Translations under genes and position numbers: made by a program | Notes under the pieces: model-generated | The model's input: the letters and a program-made list of their open reading frames with translations, nothing else | What the model was told of the DNA's origin: nothing | The model's database searches: none | Shown: piece after piece, positions 13,746 through 27,364 of the stretch | How the letters are laid out: the number at the start of each line of letters is the position of its first letter | How positions within the stretch are numbered: position 1 is the stretch's first letter | From: Octopus vulgaris | Lineage: Eukaryota | Direction of reading: 5' to 3' | Length of the DNA stretch: 64,000 nt | NCBI GenBank assembly: GCA_951406725.2 | Contig: OX597834.1 | Span: 5,766,001 to 5,830,000, forward strand

Positions 13746-13781
<36 letters not shown>
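13478..13781. repeat. About 300 bp (GT)n microsatellite
   Basis: Direct reading. Confidence 0.95.
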
Positions 13782-13785
<4 letters not shown>

Positions 13786-14039
13786 TTGTGTCTTTGTTTT
13801 AATATTCTCTCTTTTTTGTGTTTGCATGGTTTGGATGGAGTTTGTTGACGTAGACAGTTTATAGTTGGATGCCAGCGCCTACATGTTCCCAACCATGCTA
13901 ATATTTCCCCATGGCTGGAAATACTTTCATGGTTAAAAAGATATTCTATTTCAAACTAAACATCAAATTTATAAGAACAAAAATTATCGTTATCATTGCA
14001 CCTATGTAACAACTTCTAATTAATTTGCTAATGTTTCTT

Positions 14040-14280
14040 ATGCAAGATCATTGCCAGTACCGCCTGAGTGGCCCCCGTGCCAGTGGCACATAAAAAGCAC
14101 CCACAACACTCTCAGAGTGGTTGGCGTTAGGAAGGGCATCCAGCTGTAGAAACTCTGCCAAATCAAGATTGGAGCCTGGTGCGGCTGTCTGGTTTGCCAG
14201 TCCTCAGTCAAATCGTTCAACCCATGCTAGCATGGAAAGCGGATGTTAAACGATGATGATGATGATGATGATGATGATGA
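14040..14280 (+). mobile_element. Family C RTE-type 3' end with (GAT)n tail
   Basis: gttggcgttaggaagggcatccagctgtagaaac...gttaaacgatgatgat. Confidence 0.85.
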
Positions 14281-14423
14281 ATACATTTATACAAACTTAG
14301 CTGTTTTCTAAATAAGGTTCCATTGAATGATTTTAGGAAGAGATATTTACTTCAAGATGTTCAATTATATTCTTGAATGGTCCAACTTATTCCATTTACT
14401 TTTTACCTCTTGTTCATATACTC

Positions 14424-14630
14424 TTTACTCTTTTACTTGTTTCAGTCATTCGACTGCGGCCATGCTGGAGCACCGCATTTAGTCGAGCAAATCGAACCCA
14501 GGACTTATTCTTTGTAAGCCCAGTACTAAATCTATTGGTCTCTTTTGCCCAACCACTAAGTCACGGGGACGTAAACACACCAGCATTGGTAGTCAGGCGA
14601 TGTTGGGGGGGACAAACACAGATACACAAG

Positions 14631-14674
<44 letters not shown>

Positions 14675-14832
14675 CATATATACGACGGGCTTCTTTCAGT
14701 TTCCGTCTACCAAATCCACTCACAAGGCTTTGGGCAGCCCGAGGCTATAGTAGAAGACACTTGCCCAAGGTGCCACGTCGTGGGACTGAACTCAGAACCA
14801 TGTGGTTTGTAAGCAAGCTACTTACCACACAG
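14424..14832 (-). mobile_element. SINE family A
   Basis: Reverse-complement match. Confidence 0.9.
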
Positions 14833-14867
14833 TCAAAATTACATCTGGTTAATGTGATTATGTTGAG

Positions 14868-15086
14868 CCTTTAACATTTAAACAGGTCATATCCAGCCCA
14901 AATTTTCTCCCTGTTTTAGGTTCTACCACATCTGGTCTTTCACACTTATCCTACAATGTCATTCTAAAAATGAACAATCACACAATCAATGTTTTGAAGC
15001 TATGAGTTAATGTAAAATTAATCCAAAACAGAATAAGTAAATAAGCCATACATTTCAAAGGGTAATCTGATTGCTAAAGGGTTAAC
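14868..15086. mobile_element. piggyBac-type MITE, second family (fragments also near 11188, 20800, 30799)
   Basis: Ends ctaaagggttaa; the other copies begin ttaacccttta or a close variant. Confidence 0.6.
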
Positions 15087-15344
15087 CAGATGGAATATAA
15101 AAAGGATCACTGGATAGATGTTCTTTTCAGTTGTGAGTAAACTTCCATAGGTGGGGAAGCAGGATTGGTAATTAAAAATGTAAATTAGAACAGAGAACAA
15201 ATATTTAGTGATTTTACTGAAAAAGAAAGGTTTGTTCACGTTCTATTTTCAAATAACCATGTCCAGGTATTGAATGGACAGTCATTGGGGTGTTTAACTA
15301 TGTTCATGTAATACGTTGTTTCAATGTTTAGATTTCAGTCTCTC

Positions 15345-16173
15345 TCTTTCTCTTTTCTCTTTTACTTGTTTCAGTCATTTGACTGCGGCCATGCTGGAGC
15401 ACCGCCTTTAGTCGAGCAAATCGACCCCGGGACTTATTCTTTGTAAGCCCAGTACTTATTCTATCGGTCTCTTTTGCTGAACCGTTAAGTGACGGGGATG
15501 TAAACACACCAGCATCAGTTGTCAAGCAATGCTAGGGGAACAAACACAGACACACAAACATATACACATACATATATATATGTATACGACAGGCTTCTTT
15601 CAGTTTCCATCTACCAAATTCACTCACAAGGCTTTGGTTGGCCCGAGGCTATAGTAGAAGACACTTGCCCAAGGTGCCACGCAGTGGGACTGAACCCGGA
15701 ACCATGTGGTTGGTTAGCAAGCTACTTACCACACAGCCACTCCTGCGTCTATTGATTTCTAGTAACAATTTTGCATTCATTCTGTTTTCTTTTTTACTTG
15801 TTTCAGTCATTTTGACTGCAGCCATGCTGGAGCATTGCCTTTAATCGAGCAACTCGACCCCAGGACTTATTCTATCGGTCTCTTTTGCTGAACCGCTAAG
15901 TGACGGGAACATAAACACACCAGCATCGGCTGTCAAGCAATGCTAGGGGGACAAACACAGACACACAAACACACCCGCACACACACACATATATATATGT
16001 ACATATATACGACGGGCTTCTTTCAGTTTCCGTCTACCAAATCCACTCACAAGGCTTTGGTCAGCCCGAGGCTATAGTAGAAGACACTTGCCCAAGGTGC
16101 CACCCAGTGGGACTGAACCCGGAACCATGTGGTTGGTAAACAAGCTACTTACCACACAGCCACTCCTGCGCCT
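15345..16173 (-). mobile_element. Two tandem family A SINEs (15345-15750, 15785-16173)
   Basis: Two reverse-complement matches. Confidence 0.9.
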
Positions 16174-16219
16174 ATTGTTTATTCTTGTTTATCTGAGTTT
16201 GTTAAAAACAGAAAAAAAT

Positions 16220-16832
16220 GCAACTTTGAATGAATTTTAACTTAAACATTCAGAATCAAACATGAAGCAGTGGAAACTCCTAGCAATATTGGACAAGAAT
16301 GTGGCCAGCCAGCAGAATTGTTACCGCACCAGGCAAAATACTTAGCAGTATTTCGTCTGTCTTTATGTTCCAAATTCAAATGCCACTGAAGTCAGCTTTG
16401 CCTTTCGTCCTTTCAGAGTCAGTAAAACAAGTACCAGTAGAGTACTGAGGATGATATTATTGATTTAAACCCTCCCCCAAAATTGCTGGCCTTGTGCCAA
16501 AACTTGAAATTAATATTTACCAAGAATTGACGCTTTTATTGATAAGCTTTGGTCTATTAACAAAAGAAACGCTCACCATTATTTCCCAAGATTTCTCTGT
16601 GGAGATGAGAACTTTCAAGGTAAGGAATTGTAAAAGATGACATTCTGAAATTGATAAAGATGGATCTTGTGAAGGTCATTGCTAAAGCAGCCAACTTGGA
16701 GGTTGCAGAAGAACTAAATGTTGACCATTCAACGATTGTTTGACACTTGTGCCACAAGACAAAGTCAAAAAGGTCTGAAACAAAATGATGATAATGATAA
16801 TAATAATAATGATGATAATAATAATAATGATG

Positions 16833-16880
<48 letters not shown>

Positions 16881-17242
16881 GTAATAGCAGCATCAAAATT
16901 ATGAAACCACTTCTGTATTCCTTTTGCTTAGCTAAGCAATCCATTTCTTGATTCTGTTATGACATACAGCAAAGACAAATGGATTCTTTACGGTGACTGA
17001 CAACATTCCATGCTGTGATTTGACAGAAGTGAAGCATCAAAACACTATACCAAACCGAAACTGCATCACTTTATGATCACTGTTTGTTTGGCCAATAAGT
17101 AGAATCCTGCTGAATTCATTACAGCTGTGAAGTACAACATGAAAAATCAACAAAATGAACTAAGAGCTGTAATGTCTGTGTCCAGCAACGATTCATTGAA
17201 ATGGGATCCCTTTTTTTTTTCTGACAACACCCAACCACATAA
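16220..17242 (+). pseudogene. Highly decayed mariner transposase, interrupted by a family B SINE (about 16305-16515) and (AAT)n
   Basis: EVAEELNVDHSTIV*HL, KWILY, PKLH and FSDNTQPH remnants. Confidence 0.6.
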
Positions 17243-17435
17243 TCATCATTTAACATCCGTTTTCCATGCTAGCATGGGTTGGACAGTTCAACCGGGGTCT
17301 GGGAAGCCAGAAGGCTGCACCAGGCTCCAGTCTGATCTGGCAGTGTTTGTACAGCTGGATGCCCTTCCTGACGCCAACCACTCCATGAGTGTAGTGGGTG
17401 CTTTTACGTGCCACCGGCACAGGGGCCAGGTGAGG
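17243..17435 (-). mobile_element. Family C
   Basis: Reverse-complement match. Confidence 0.8.
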
Positions 17436-18561
17436 CTGATTCTGTGGTAACTGAATGAATGTAACTCTGCTCCATTCATTTGGTCCTCTCTCTCTCTCTC
17501 TCTCTCACTAACCTTCCTGTAAATGGTTTTAACAAATAAACAGCTGCTCAAAAAGTCTTTGAAGAATTCATAGGATTCTCACTAGCAATTTTTTGTTCTT
17601 ATTTAAAAAAAAAAATAAGGAAGAAAAGAAAAATATCCAAATTTGTATAAATATATAATAAATTATATAAGACACCTTAACAGGTTAATTATTTGCTGAT
17701 ACAAAGGTGCAACGATATTTATCGATTTTGTTATGAATTTTATTGTCACTTGAAACTCTACTTTCTATGCTACTAATGTATTTTAATACAATAGGAAATA
17801 AAGAATAAAATATTTTGGGGTATTATTGAGTATTCTCTATAACTGAGGCTCCCTAATATCTCTGAATATGTATTTGTCTTTGCGAATGGAGTACCATACT
17901 TTTGGCAGACAACATAATGTATTTCTTATTGTCAAGAATATGCAGATTCTAACAGTTACCATTTCAACAAAAATAATTAATGCTGAGCTGTGATATATCA
18001 CTTTAAAGTTGATGGCTAAAAATTGCAATTGTTTTTTCTTCAACTTGACAAAATATGTCATTTTAATGTTTTGCAAGAAACCTGTTAGTTATGTTCTAAA
18101 TAACATAACTAAATAATAACAAAGTGAATCATTTTACTAAACCATTCTAGTTGCTGATTATTTTGAAAATTATTTAAGTACACAGGTTGAATATTTCCAA
18201 AAGAAATGTTCTTGTGAAGAGTTAACTCTACTTTTAAAGTTTCCGTACAATACTGAGCTTCACTATAGGTATCACAAATCTGTATTAGTATACATAAGTA
18301 TTTTATTGACTCAGATGAATATAATAGTCAAGGCTGTAAATTGGATTATTCCAGAGGCCAAATTTCATATATAAATTAGCTTTGAATATGTTGCAAAGTG
18401 CTTTTTCCCTTTGTATATTTCTGACTTGTACAGCTTTGTAGCTAAGAGTTGCACTTCATTATTACATGGCTTGTGAAATTTGTTTGATAATAGAAATTGT
18501 GAGGAAGCTGACTGGGTCAATCAATTAATTGCTCCATCTATATGTGTGTATATGTATATAT

Positions 18562-18878
18562 ATCATCATCATCATCTTCATCGTTTAGCGTCCGCTTTCC
18601 ATGCTGGCATGGGTTGGACGGTTCAACTGGGGTCTGGAAAACCAGAAGGCTGCACCAGGCCCAGTCTGATCTGGCAATGTTTCTATGGCTGGATGCTCTT
18701 CCTAATGCCAACCACTCCATGAGTGTTGTGGGTGCTTTTTACGTGCCACCAGCAAAGGTGCCAGGGGAGGCTGGCAAATGGCCACGATCGGATGGTGCTT
18801 TTTATGTGCCACCAGCATGGAGGCCAGACGAGGCTGGCAAAAGGCCACGATCGGATGGTGCTTTTTACGTGCCACCAA
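18562..18878 (-). mobile_element. Family C with about 60 bp internal repeats
   Basis: Reverse-complement match. Confidence 0.85.
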
Positions 18879-18925
<47 letters not shown>

Positions 18926-19081
18926 ACTCAAAATAAGCAACAAAGATATCCAAGGTAGTGTTGTACAATTGTTTCATGCTACTTCATTTTAACAAACACT
19001 GTATTATATGGATAATACCATACTAAATTCTGGTGCCTTTAACTTAAATACCATATTCATCTGAATCTAAATTTTGCTGAA

Positions 19082-19123
<42 letters not shown>

Positions 19124-19460
19124 GACACAGATATGCTTGTGTGCACACATGTTTACATACTCAACACACACCCACACACACATTTAAAGGAGCTTCTGAA
19201 GAATCTGACACTGGACAAAAAATAGCAAGTATTTGGTTGAACACAAGTTGCATTCCTTTTCACCTAATTTCCCCCTGATTTCCTTATTTGATAAGAAGAT
19301 AAAATAAGGGTCAAGCTACAGGGTCCAGTAGTTTGAAAGGTAAAAGTATAGGAAAAGAAAAGAATCTGAACTGAAAGCAACGTAGTGGAAGTCTGTAGGC
19401 AGGCAATGTAATGATAACGAATAACTGTTGTTTATTATTTAATAAACATTTTATGCACAA

Positions 19461-20222
19461 GGTGCAGGAGTGGCTGTGTGGTAAGTAGCTTGCTTACCAA
19501 CCACATGGTTCCGGGTTCAGTCCCACTGCGTGGCATCTTGGGCAAGTGTCTTTTGCTATAGCCTCGGGCCGACCAAAGCCTTGTGAGTGGATTTGGTAGA
19601 CGGAAACTGAAAGAAGCCCGTCGTATATATATCATCATCATCATCATCGTTTAACGTCCGTTCTCCATGCTAGCATGGGTTGGACGGTTCGATCGGGGAT
19701 CTGGGAAGCCAGAAGGCTGCACCAGGCTCCAGTCTTATCTGGCAATGTTTCTACAGCTGGATGCCCTTCCTAACGCCAACCACTCCGTGAGTGTAGTGGG
19801 TGCTTTTTACGTGCCACCTGCACAGGTGCCAGGCGAGGCTGGCAACGGCCACGGTCGGATTGGTGTATTTTATGTGCCACCTGCACGGAAGCCAGTGGAG
19901 GCGGCGCTGGCATCGGCCACGAGTCAGATAGTGCTTTTTACGTACCACCAGACCAGGGATCCTGGCTGGTTCAATTCGATTTCGATTATATATATATGTA
20001 TGTATGTATGTATATGTTTGTCTGTGTTTGTCTCCCCAACATCGCTTGACAACCGATGGTGGTGTGTTTACGTTTACGTCACTTAGCGGTTCGGCAAGAG
20101 ACTGATAGAGTAAGTGCTAGGCTTACAAAGAATAAGTCCTGGGGTCGATTTGCTCGGGTAAAGGTGGTGCTCCAGCATGGCCACAGTCAAATGACTGAAA
20201 CAAGTAAAAGAATAAAAGAAAG
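19461..20222 (+). mobile_element. Family A SINE split by a minus-strand family C insertion (about 19631-19985)
   Basis: A head to 19630; A tail resumes at about 19990. Confidence 0.85.
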
Positions 20223-20260
20223 AATATGATATGTGCAGAACTTATAATAGAAATTTAAGA

Positions 20261-20419
20261 TAGGAGTGGCTCTGTGGTAAGTAGCTTGCTAACCAACCAC
20301 ATGGTTCTGGGTTCAGTCCCACTGTGTGGCATCTTGGGCAAGTGTCTTCTGCTATAGCCCCGGGCCGACCAATGCTTTGTGAGTGGATTTGGTAGACGGA
20401 AACTGAAAGAAGCCTGTCG

Positions 20420-20509
<90 letters not shown>

Positions 20510-20700
20510 TCCCCCTAGCATTGCTTGACAACCGATGCTGGTATGTTTATATCCCCATCACATAGCGGTTCGGCAAAAGAGACCGATGGAATAAGCAATG
20601 GGCTTACAAAGAATAAGTCCCGGGGTTGATTTGCTCGACTAAAGGCAGTGCTCCAGCATGGCTGCAGTCAAAATGACTGAAACAAGTAAAAGAGAGAGAA
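20261..20700 (+). mobile_element. SINE family A
   Basis: Full-length match. Confidence 0.9.
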
Positions 20701-21526
20701 ACCTCACTGTGAAATCATAAGTGTGGGAATGAAATTTGATTACGGGGTGCAAACACAGGTTCAACCTTAGGTTTCCTTTCATATACTTAGGTCCTGCTTT
20801 TAACCCTTTAGCATTTGGATTACTGTAAAATGTAATGTTTATATTTCTTCGTAATGTCTTGAATTAATCATGTATTATTTTGTAGCTTTGAGATTTTGAT
20901 GATTTGATTAATTACTTTTAGAATGACGCAATTGCCAGGAGCATGATACTTGGTACTTAGTCATACTTGATTAGGTGCTGCTTTTACTAACTTTTAAGTT
21001 AAGCTCTATAGATTTTTTTATATAATTCAGAGCTAGTACTTCAGTTTACAATGTTTCTTAAAAAAATATATCTCTATAAACAATGCAATGAAAGACAGAA
21101 GAATAATAAGAGATGGGTGTATATTGATATTTCAAAAGTTATTGTCATTTCATCAGTATCTAATCTGATGCATCAACTATATATGAACACTTAATATACT
21201 TTGCAGTATATTATGGCTGTAAAACGAAATAATGTGGCCTTGCCAGCAAATAAATAGACATACCAGTTGTTTTTACTAAGTGCTTTAGGTGCCTCTGTAG
21301 TGAAGAGGCTGATATAGACAATTTTTAACAGTTTGACTCATGACCTCAGCACACCATCTAAAAGTTGACGACTGGAGAGAGATGGAGGTGGGGGTGGGGT
21401 GGGTAAACCAGCACTAAACTGGCACTCCTTTTCAGCTAAGTAAACTGGAACAAAGTAAAAGAAAGTACCTTGCTGAAAGACACAATGCACCATCCTGCCA
21501 AAGAACTGAACCTGCAACCTTATAAT

Positions 21527-22233
21527 CTATTTCTTTACTACCCTCAAGAGGCTAAACACAGAGGGGACAAACAAGGACAGACACACGGATGAAGTCGATT
21601 ACATCCACTCCAGTGCGTAGCTGGTACTTAATTTAGCGACCCCTAAAGGATGAAAGGCAAAGTCGACCTCGGCAGAATTTCAACTCAGAACATAAAGAGA
21701 GACGAAATACCTATTTCTTTCTTGTCCACAAGGGGCTAAACACAGAGGGGACAAACAAGGACAGACAAATGGATTAAGTCGATTACATCGACCCCATTGC
21801 GTAGCTGGTACTTAATCTATCGACCTCGAAAGGATGAAAGGCAAAGTCGACCTTGGCGGAATTTTAACTCAGAACATAGCAGCAGACGAAATACCTATTT
21901 CTTTACTACCCACAAGGGGCTAAACACAAAGAGGACAATCACGGACAAACAAACGGATTAAGTTGATTACATCGACCCCAGTGCGTAACTGGTACTTAAT
22001 TTATCAACCCTGAAAGAATGAAAGGCAATGTCGACTTTGGCGGAATTTGAACTCAGAACGTAATGGCAGATGAAATACGGCTTCGCGTTTCACCCGGCAT
22101 GCTGACGATTCTGCCAGCTCACCGCCTAAAAACAAATTCAACCTCGATGGAATTTGAACACAGAACGTAAAGACAAACGAAATACCACTAAGCATTTTGG
22201 CCGGCGTGCTGACGTTTCCGCCAGCTTCCTGGT
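21527..22233 (-). mobile_element. Family B SINE concatemer (3 x 184 bp plus heads) with 17-18 bp TSD
   Basis: Units start at 21527, 21711, 21895; acctgcaaccttataatc at 21510-21527 and 22234-22251. Confidence 0.85.
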
Positions 22234-22429
22234 ACCTGCAACCTTATAATCATGAGCCTAACACCCAAACATCTACACCCACATATGCACACACATACAT
22301 ACACAAACATAGACATGTGTGTGTATGTATGTATCGAAAAATATTACAAAATTCTTGTTCAAGAGAACAAAATCAAAGCAAAAAAGCCTGATTTAAGGCC
22401 TCAATATCCATTGAGAGCATTGTAGAGTA

Positions 22430-22596
22430 CCATCATCATCATCATCGTTTAACGTCCGATTTCCATGCTAGCATGCATTGGACGATTTTGACTGAGGGCT
22501 GGTGAACCAGATGGCTGCACCAGGCTCCAATCTTGATCTGGCAGAGTTTCTACAGCTGGATGTCCTTCCTAACGCCAACCACTCCGAGAGTGTAGT
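22430..22596 (-). mobile_element. Family C 3' end
   Basis: Reverse-complement match. Confidence 0.8.
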
Positions 22597-22703
22597 ATAT
22601 ATATTCATTAAAATCAAAAACTTTGATTACTGACAGATGTGCCCTGGTTTCTTCAACCAACCAAAGAAATGCAGACACAGCTGTCAGTAATCAAAGTATG
22701 AAT

Positions 22704-22747
<44 letters not shown>

Positions 22748-23277
22748 ACGTGAGGTAGCTTTGCTTCTTGCTTGGGAAGAAAGTTAATTATTAGTCTGCA
22801 ATTGTAAAGATTCAATCGCTGATAGGCTTTCAGTGTCTTATTAACCTTTATTTGCACTCTGTTAATGTTGCATTAATGCATACGTTCCAATTAAACTCTT
22901 TCTGAACCAGCTGTAAATTAGGGTCAGCTGTGGTTACTCCTAATTTAGCAGCCAGCTGAAAACGGACAGGTTTTAAAATGGAACTGTACTTTGTGAGGTT
23001 TCAGTGATTCTATTATCATTTTGCTTGCTCTGGTTTTCATGTTGAAATAACGACTGTATAATTAGTGATAGTTGAAACATCAGAGAGTTTAACACAACAC
23101 ACAAAACCCAACATTGTAAGGGAAAGAAATTAACGAATGTGTTGCTTTTAATTGGAAAGTTAGAAGAAAGCAAGGTGAATGCAGTTGATCAGCTTTAGGA
23201 TTTTGCGAAATGTTAATTAATAAATATGATGCAGCAATTTGAGTCAAAACAATTATTAACATTAAAATATATATATA

Positions 23278-23697
23278 TAGGCGCAGGAGTGGCTGTGTGG
23301 TAATTAGCTTGCTAACCAACCACATGGTTCCGGATTCAGTCCCACTGCGTGGCATCTTGTGCAAGTGTCTTCTGCTATAGCCCCGGGCCGACCAATGCCT
23401 TGTGAGTGGATTTGGTAGACGGAAACTGAAAGAAGCCTGTCGTATATATGTATATATATATATATGTATGTGTGTGTTTGTGTGTCTGTGTTTGTTCCCC
23501 TAGCATTGCTTGACAACCGATGCTGGTGTGTTTACGTTCCTGTCACTTAGCGGTTCGGCAAAAGAGACCGATAGAATAAGTACTAGGCTTACAAAGAGTA
23601 AGTCCCGGGGTCGATTTGCTCGACTAAAAGGCGGTGCTCCAGCATGGCCGCAGTCAAATGACTGAAACAAGTAAAAGAGTAAAAGAGTAAAAGAGTA
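23278..23697 (+). mobile_element. SINE family A
   Basis: Full-length match. Confidence 0.9.
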
Positions 23698-23897
23698 TGC
23701 ATATCTGTGTATATGTGTGTGTGTGTGTGAGTGTAGATGTATGTATGTGCATACATACATATATGTATACTTTATATGTATGTATATTTATACTTGTCTT
23801 TGGAGTTTTGTTTTGTTTTAAACCAATTGTCAATTGCTGAGTATATGCAATTTCATAATCATTTGTAATGTAATTATGTATATGTATGTATAAACTA

Positions 23898-23939
<42 letters not shown>

Positions 23940-23951
23940 TACATATATATA

Positions 23952-23985
<34 letters not shown>

Positions 23986-23996
23986 TATATATCTAC

Positions 23997-24039
<43 letters not shown>

Positions 24040-24097
24040 AATATATATATACACAATCTATACATATCTCTCTCCATTATATGTGTGTATGAATGTG

Positions 24098-24130
<33 letters not shown>

Positions 24131-24217
24131 ATGTACGTTTGTATATGTATATATATGTGTGTGTGTGTTTGTATGTGTGTATATATATATTTATATGTTT
24201 GTATGTATATGTGTGTG

Positions 24218-24261
<44 letters not shown>

Positions 24262-24844
24262 CGATGGGCTTCTTTCAGTTTCCGTCTACCAAATACACTC
24301 ACAAGGTTTTGGTCGGCTTGAGGCTATAGTAGAAAACACTTGCCCAAGGTGCTACACAGTGGGACTGAACCTGGAACTATGTGGTTGGTAAGCAAGCTAC
24401 TTACCACACAACCACTCCTTGCATACATACACATAATTACATATATATATAATTTCTGAACCAAAAGGTTTCAGAAATTGTATATCTGAATGAATTTTCC
24501 ATGTGGTTCATGTTATTTTGACCAAAGTTGTTGACTTTGTTTGAATAATTATTATGTTCTGTAAGCGACTGTACTGCAGTTGCTTTACTTTGTTGTATAA
24601 TTAGCGGAGGGTGATCATTAGATCTGAAAGTGTCAATCGTATTTGTATGCTGGATAAACCCTCAAAAGCATAAAACTACACAATGGATGGAATCAAAGGT
24701 GTTAGCAATGAATTTAAATGCTGTTGGGCTTCCAGTTCCTGCCTGGCTTATTGCTGTTTCAGATTCCATAATTTTGATTCTCTCTCTCTCTCTCATTCTT
24801 TTCACTCTATCCTCCCCATCTCTCTCTCTTAATTCCTAACCAAT

Positions 24845-25001
24845 TGGAATGGCTATGTGGTAAGTAGCTTGCTCACCAACCACATGGTTCCGTGTTCAGT
24901 CCCACTGTGTAGCACCTTGGGCAAGTGTCTTCTACTATAGCTTCGGGCTGACCAAAGCCTTGTGAGTGGATTTGGTAGACAGAAACTGAAAGAAGCCCAT
25001 C

Positions 25002-25047
<46 letters not shown>

Positions 25048-25248
25048 ATTTCGGAATGGTCATTTTGCCAGTTTAGCCAATAAAAACCCACGCACTATAT
25101 ATTTGGTGTTACTTTGCTTCAGTGTTAATCTTAATCTTATTTCGGCCAGAGTTCTTTTGTCACACTCCTATGACCGCATCAGTGGTCCTTTGCTTTCTTC
25201 AACACACGATTTCACATAAAAAAATCTTGCACAACAAATATATAAACG

Positions 25249-25309
<61 letters not shown>

Positions 25310-25520
25310 TTGTGTGTCTGTGTTTGTCCCCCTAGCATCGCTTGACAATCGATGCTGGTGTGTTTATGTCCCCGTAACTTAGCAGTTCAGCAAAAGAGAG
25401 CGATAGAATAAGTACTAGGCTTACAAAGAATAAGTCCAGGGGAGTCGATGTGCTCGAGTAAAGGCAGTGCTCCAGCATGGCCGCAGTCAAATGACCGAAA
25501 CAAGTAAAAGAGTAAAAAAG
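24845..25520 (+). mobile_element. Family A SINE with an about 210 bp Penelope-like insert (25039-25249) in its (TA)n
   Basis: Head and tail halves flank a non-SINE segment bounded by (TA)n. Confidence 0.8.
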
Positions 25521-25631
25521 TATCTCACTTTCCTTTTGTTTCTTTTCACCTCTCACTAGACATCTCTTATGTAAGTCTACCTCTCTCTCTCTCTCTGCAT
25601 ATCACTCTCTCTCTCTCTCTCTCTCTGCATA

Positions 25632-25698
<67 letters not shown>

Positions 25699-26535
25699 AT
25701 CACTCTCTCAGTCAGACACTAAGTTTCTGTCTATTCAGCAGTCTTTTCTTCATTTTTTTTCATCCTCTCTCTTCTGATACTTGGTTTTATATATTTTTGT
25801 CCGCAACACTTTTTATTCATCTCTTTCTCTCTCATTCTTTCTCTCATTCTTTCTCTCATTTCAACACACTCTTTCTCTTTCTTTTTCTCTCGAATCATTG
25901 TCCATTTAAAAAAATTTCTCTCCGTTATTTCTAATTATATCTAAATATTTCTCTCTTACTTTTTTTCAGTTCTCTCTCACTCTCCCTCTCTTTTTCACTC
26001 TCTCCTGCCTATCACCTTGGCAACCATTTTTCTCGAAAGAGAAGAGAGACTGCAGTAAAATGTAAGACCTCACCGTCAGGGAATATTTCCCAAAGACTGG
26101 CCACCCTCTTCCTAGCCAGAAAATACTCAGTTCCCAATAGTTACTAACCTTCTTCTCTGAGAACAGCAATAGAATATGGGCTCTTGAAATTTTGGCTCAA
26201 GGTCACTAATTTGAGGGGAAAGAGCAAGTTGATTAGATTGACCCCCTGTGCTCAACTGGTACTTATTTTATTTACACTGAAAGTATGAAAGGCACAACCA
26301 ACCTTGGTGAAATTTGAACTCAAAATGTAAAGATGGAAGAATTGCTACTAAGTAGTTTGCCTGGCATGCTAAGGATTCTACCAGCTGACCACCTCGAAGA
26401 ACAGCAATAGGATATTGCCCTCACATCTGCCATAGTACTGCAACAAGACATACAGGCACCTTAGACTACACCCAAAACAAGGTCTCTCATGAAGTTACGC
26501 TCAGGTTTTGCATACATCTGTCAGTTTGCAGTTGT

Positions 26536-27130
26536 TCATCATCATCATCGTTTAACATCCGTTTTCCATGCTAGCATGGGTTGGACGGTTCAACTGGGGT
26601 CTGGGGAGCCCAAAGGCTGCACCAGGCTCCAGTCTAATCTGGCAGTGTTTCTACAGCTGGATGCCCTTCCTAACGCCAACCACTCCGAAAGTGTAGTGGG
26701 TGATTTTATGTGCCACTGACAGAGGTGCCAGACGAGGCTAGACGAGGCTAGCAGACGGCCACGCTCGGATGGTGTTTTTTATGTGCCACCGACACAGGTG
26801 CCACGACGAGGCTTTTTATGTGCCACCGACACGGCCAGACGCTCGGGCCATGGTGTTTTTTATGTGCCACCGACACAGGTGCCAGACGAGGCTGGCGACG
26901 GCCACGCTCGGATGGTGTTTTTTATGTGCCACCGACACAGGTGCCAGATGAGGCTGGCGAACGGCTACGATCGGATGGTGTTTGTTACGTGCCCACGGCA
27001 CGGAGGCCAGTCAATGTGGTACTGGCTACGGCCACATTCGGATGGTTTTCTTGTGTGCCACTGGCACTGGTACCACAAAGATACAAATTCCATTGATGTT
27101 CATCTATTTTGATTTGGTTTGATTTTGGTT
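26536..27130 (-). mobile_element. Family C with 6-7 internal hairpin repeats
   Basis: Repeated tttttatgtgccaccgacacaggtgccagacgaggct. Confidence 0.85.
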
Positions 27131-27364
27131 TGATTTGATTTTTTTGATTTCAACAACAAAAAAATCACAAAGCTTTTCTAAACACCATTGATGATGCCTA
27201 GTTAGAAGAAATGTCCGGTTTTGCCTCCCCACTGTTCACTAGGTCAAGGAATAATTTTAGACAGGCCAGCGATATTTTCATCTAATCATAACTGTTAACT
27301 TTCCTGAAGTTATTTTTTATGATAAAATCATTAAAAATAATTAAACCTTTATTATGACAGTTAC

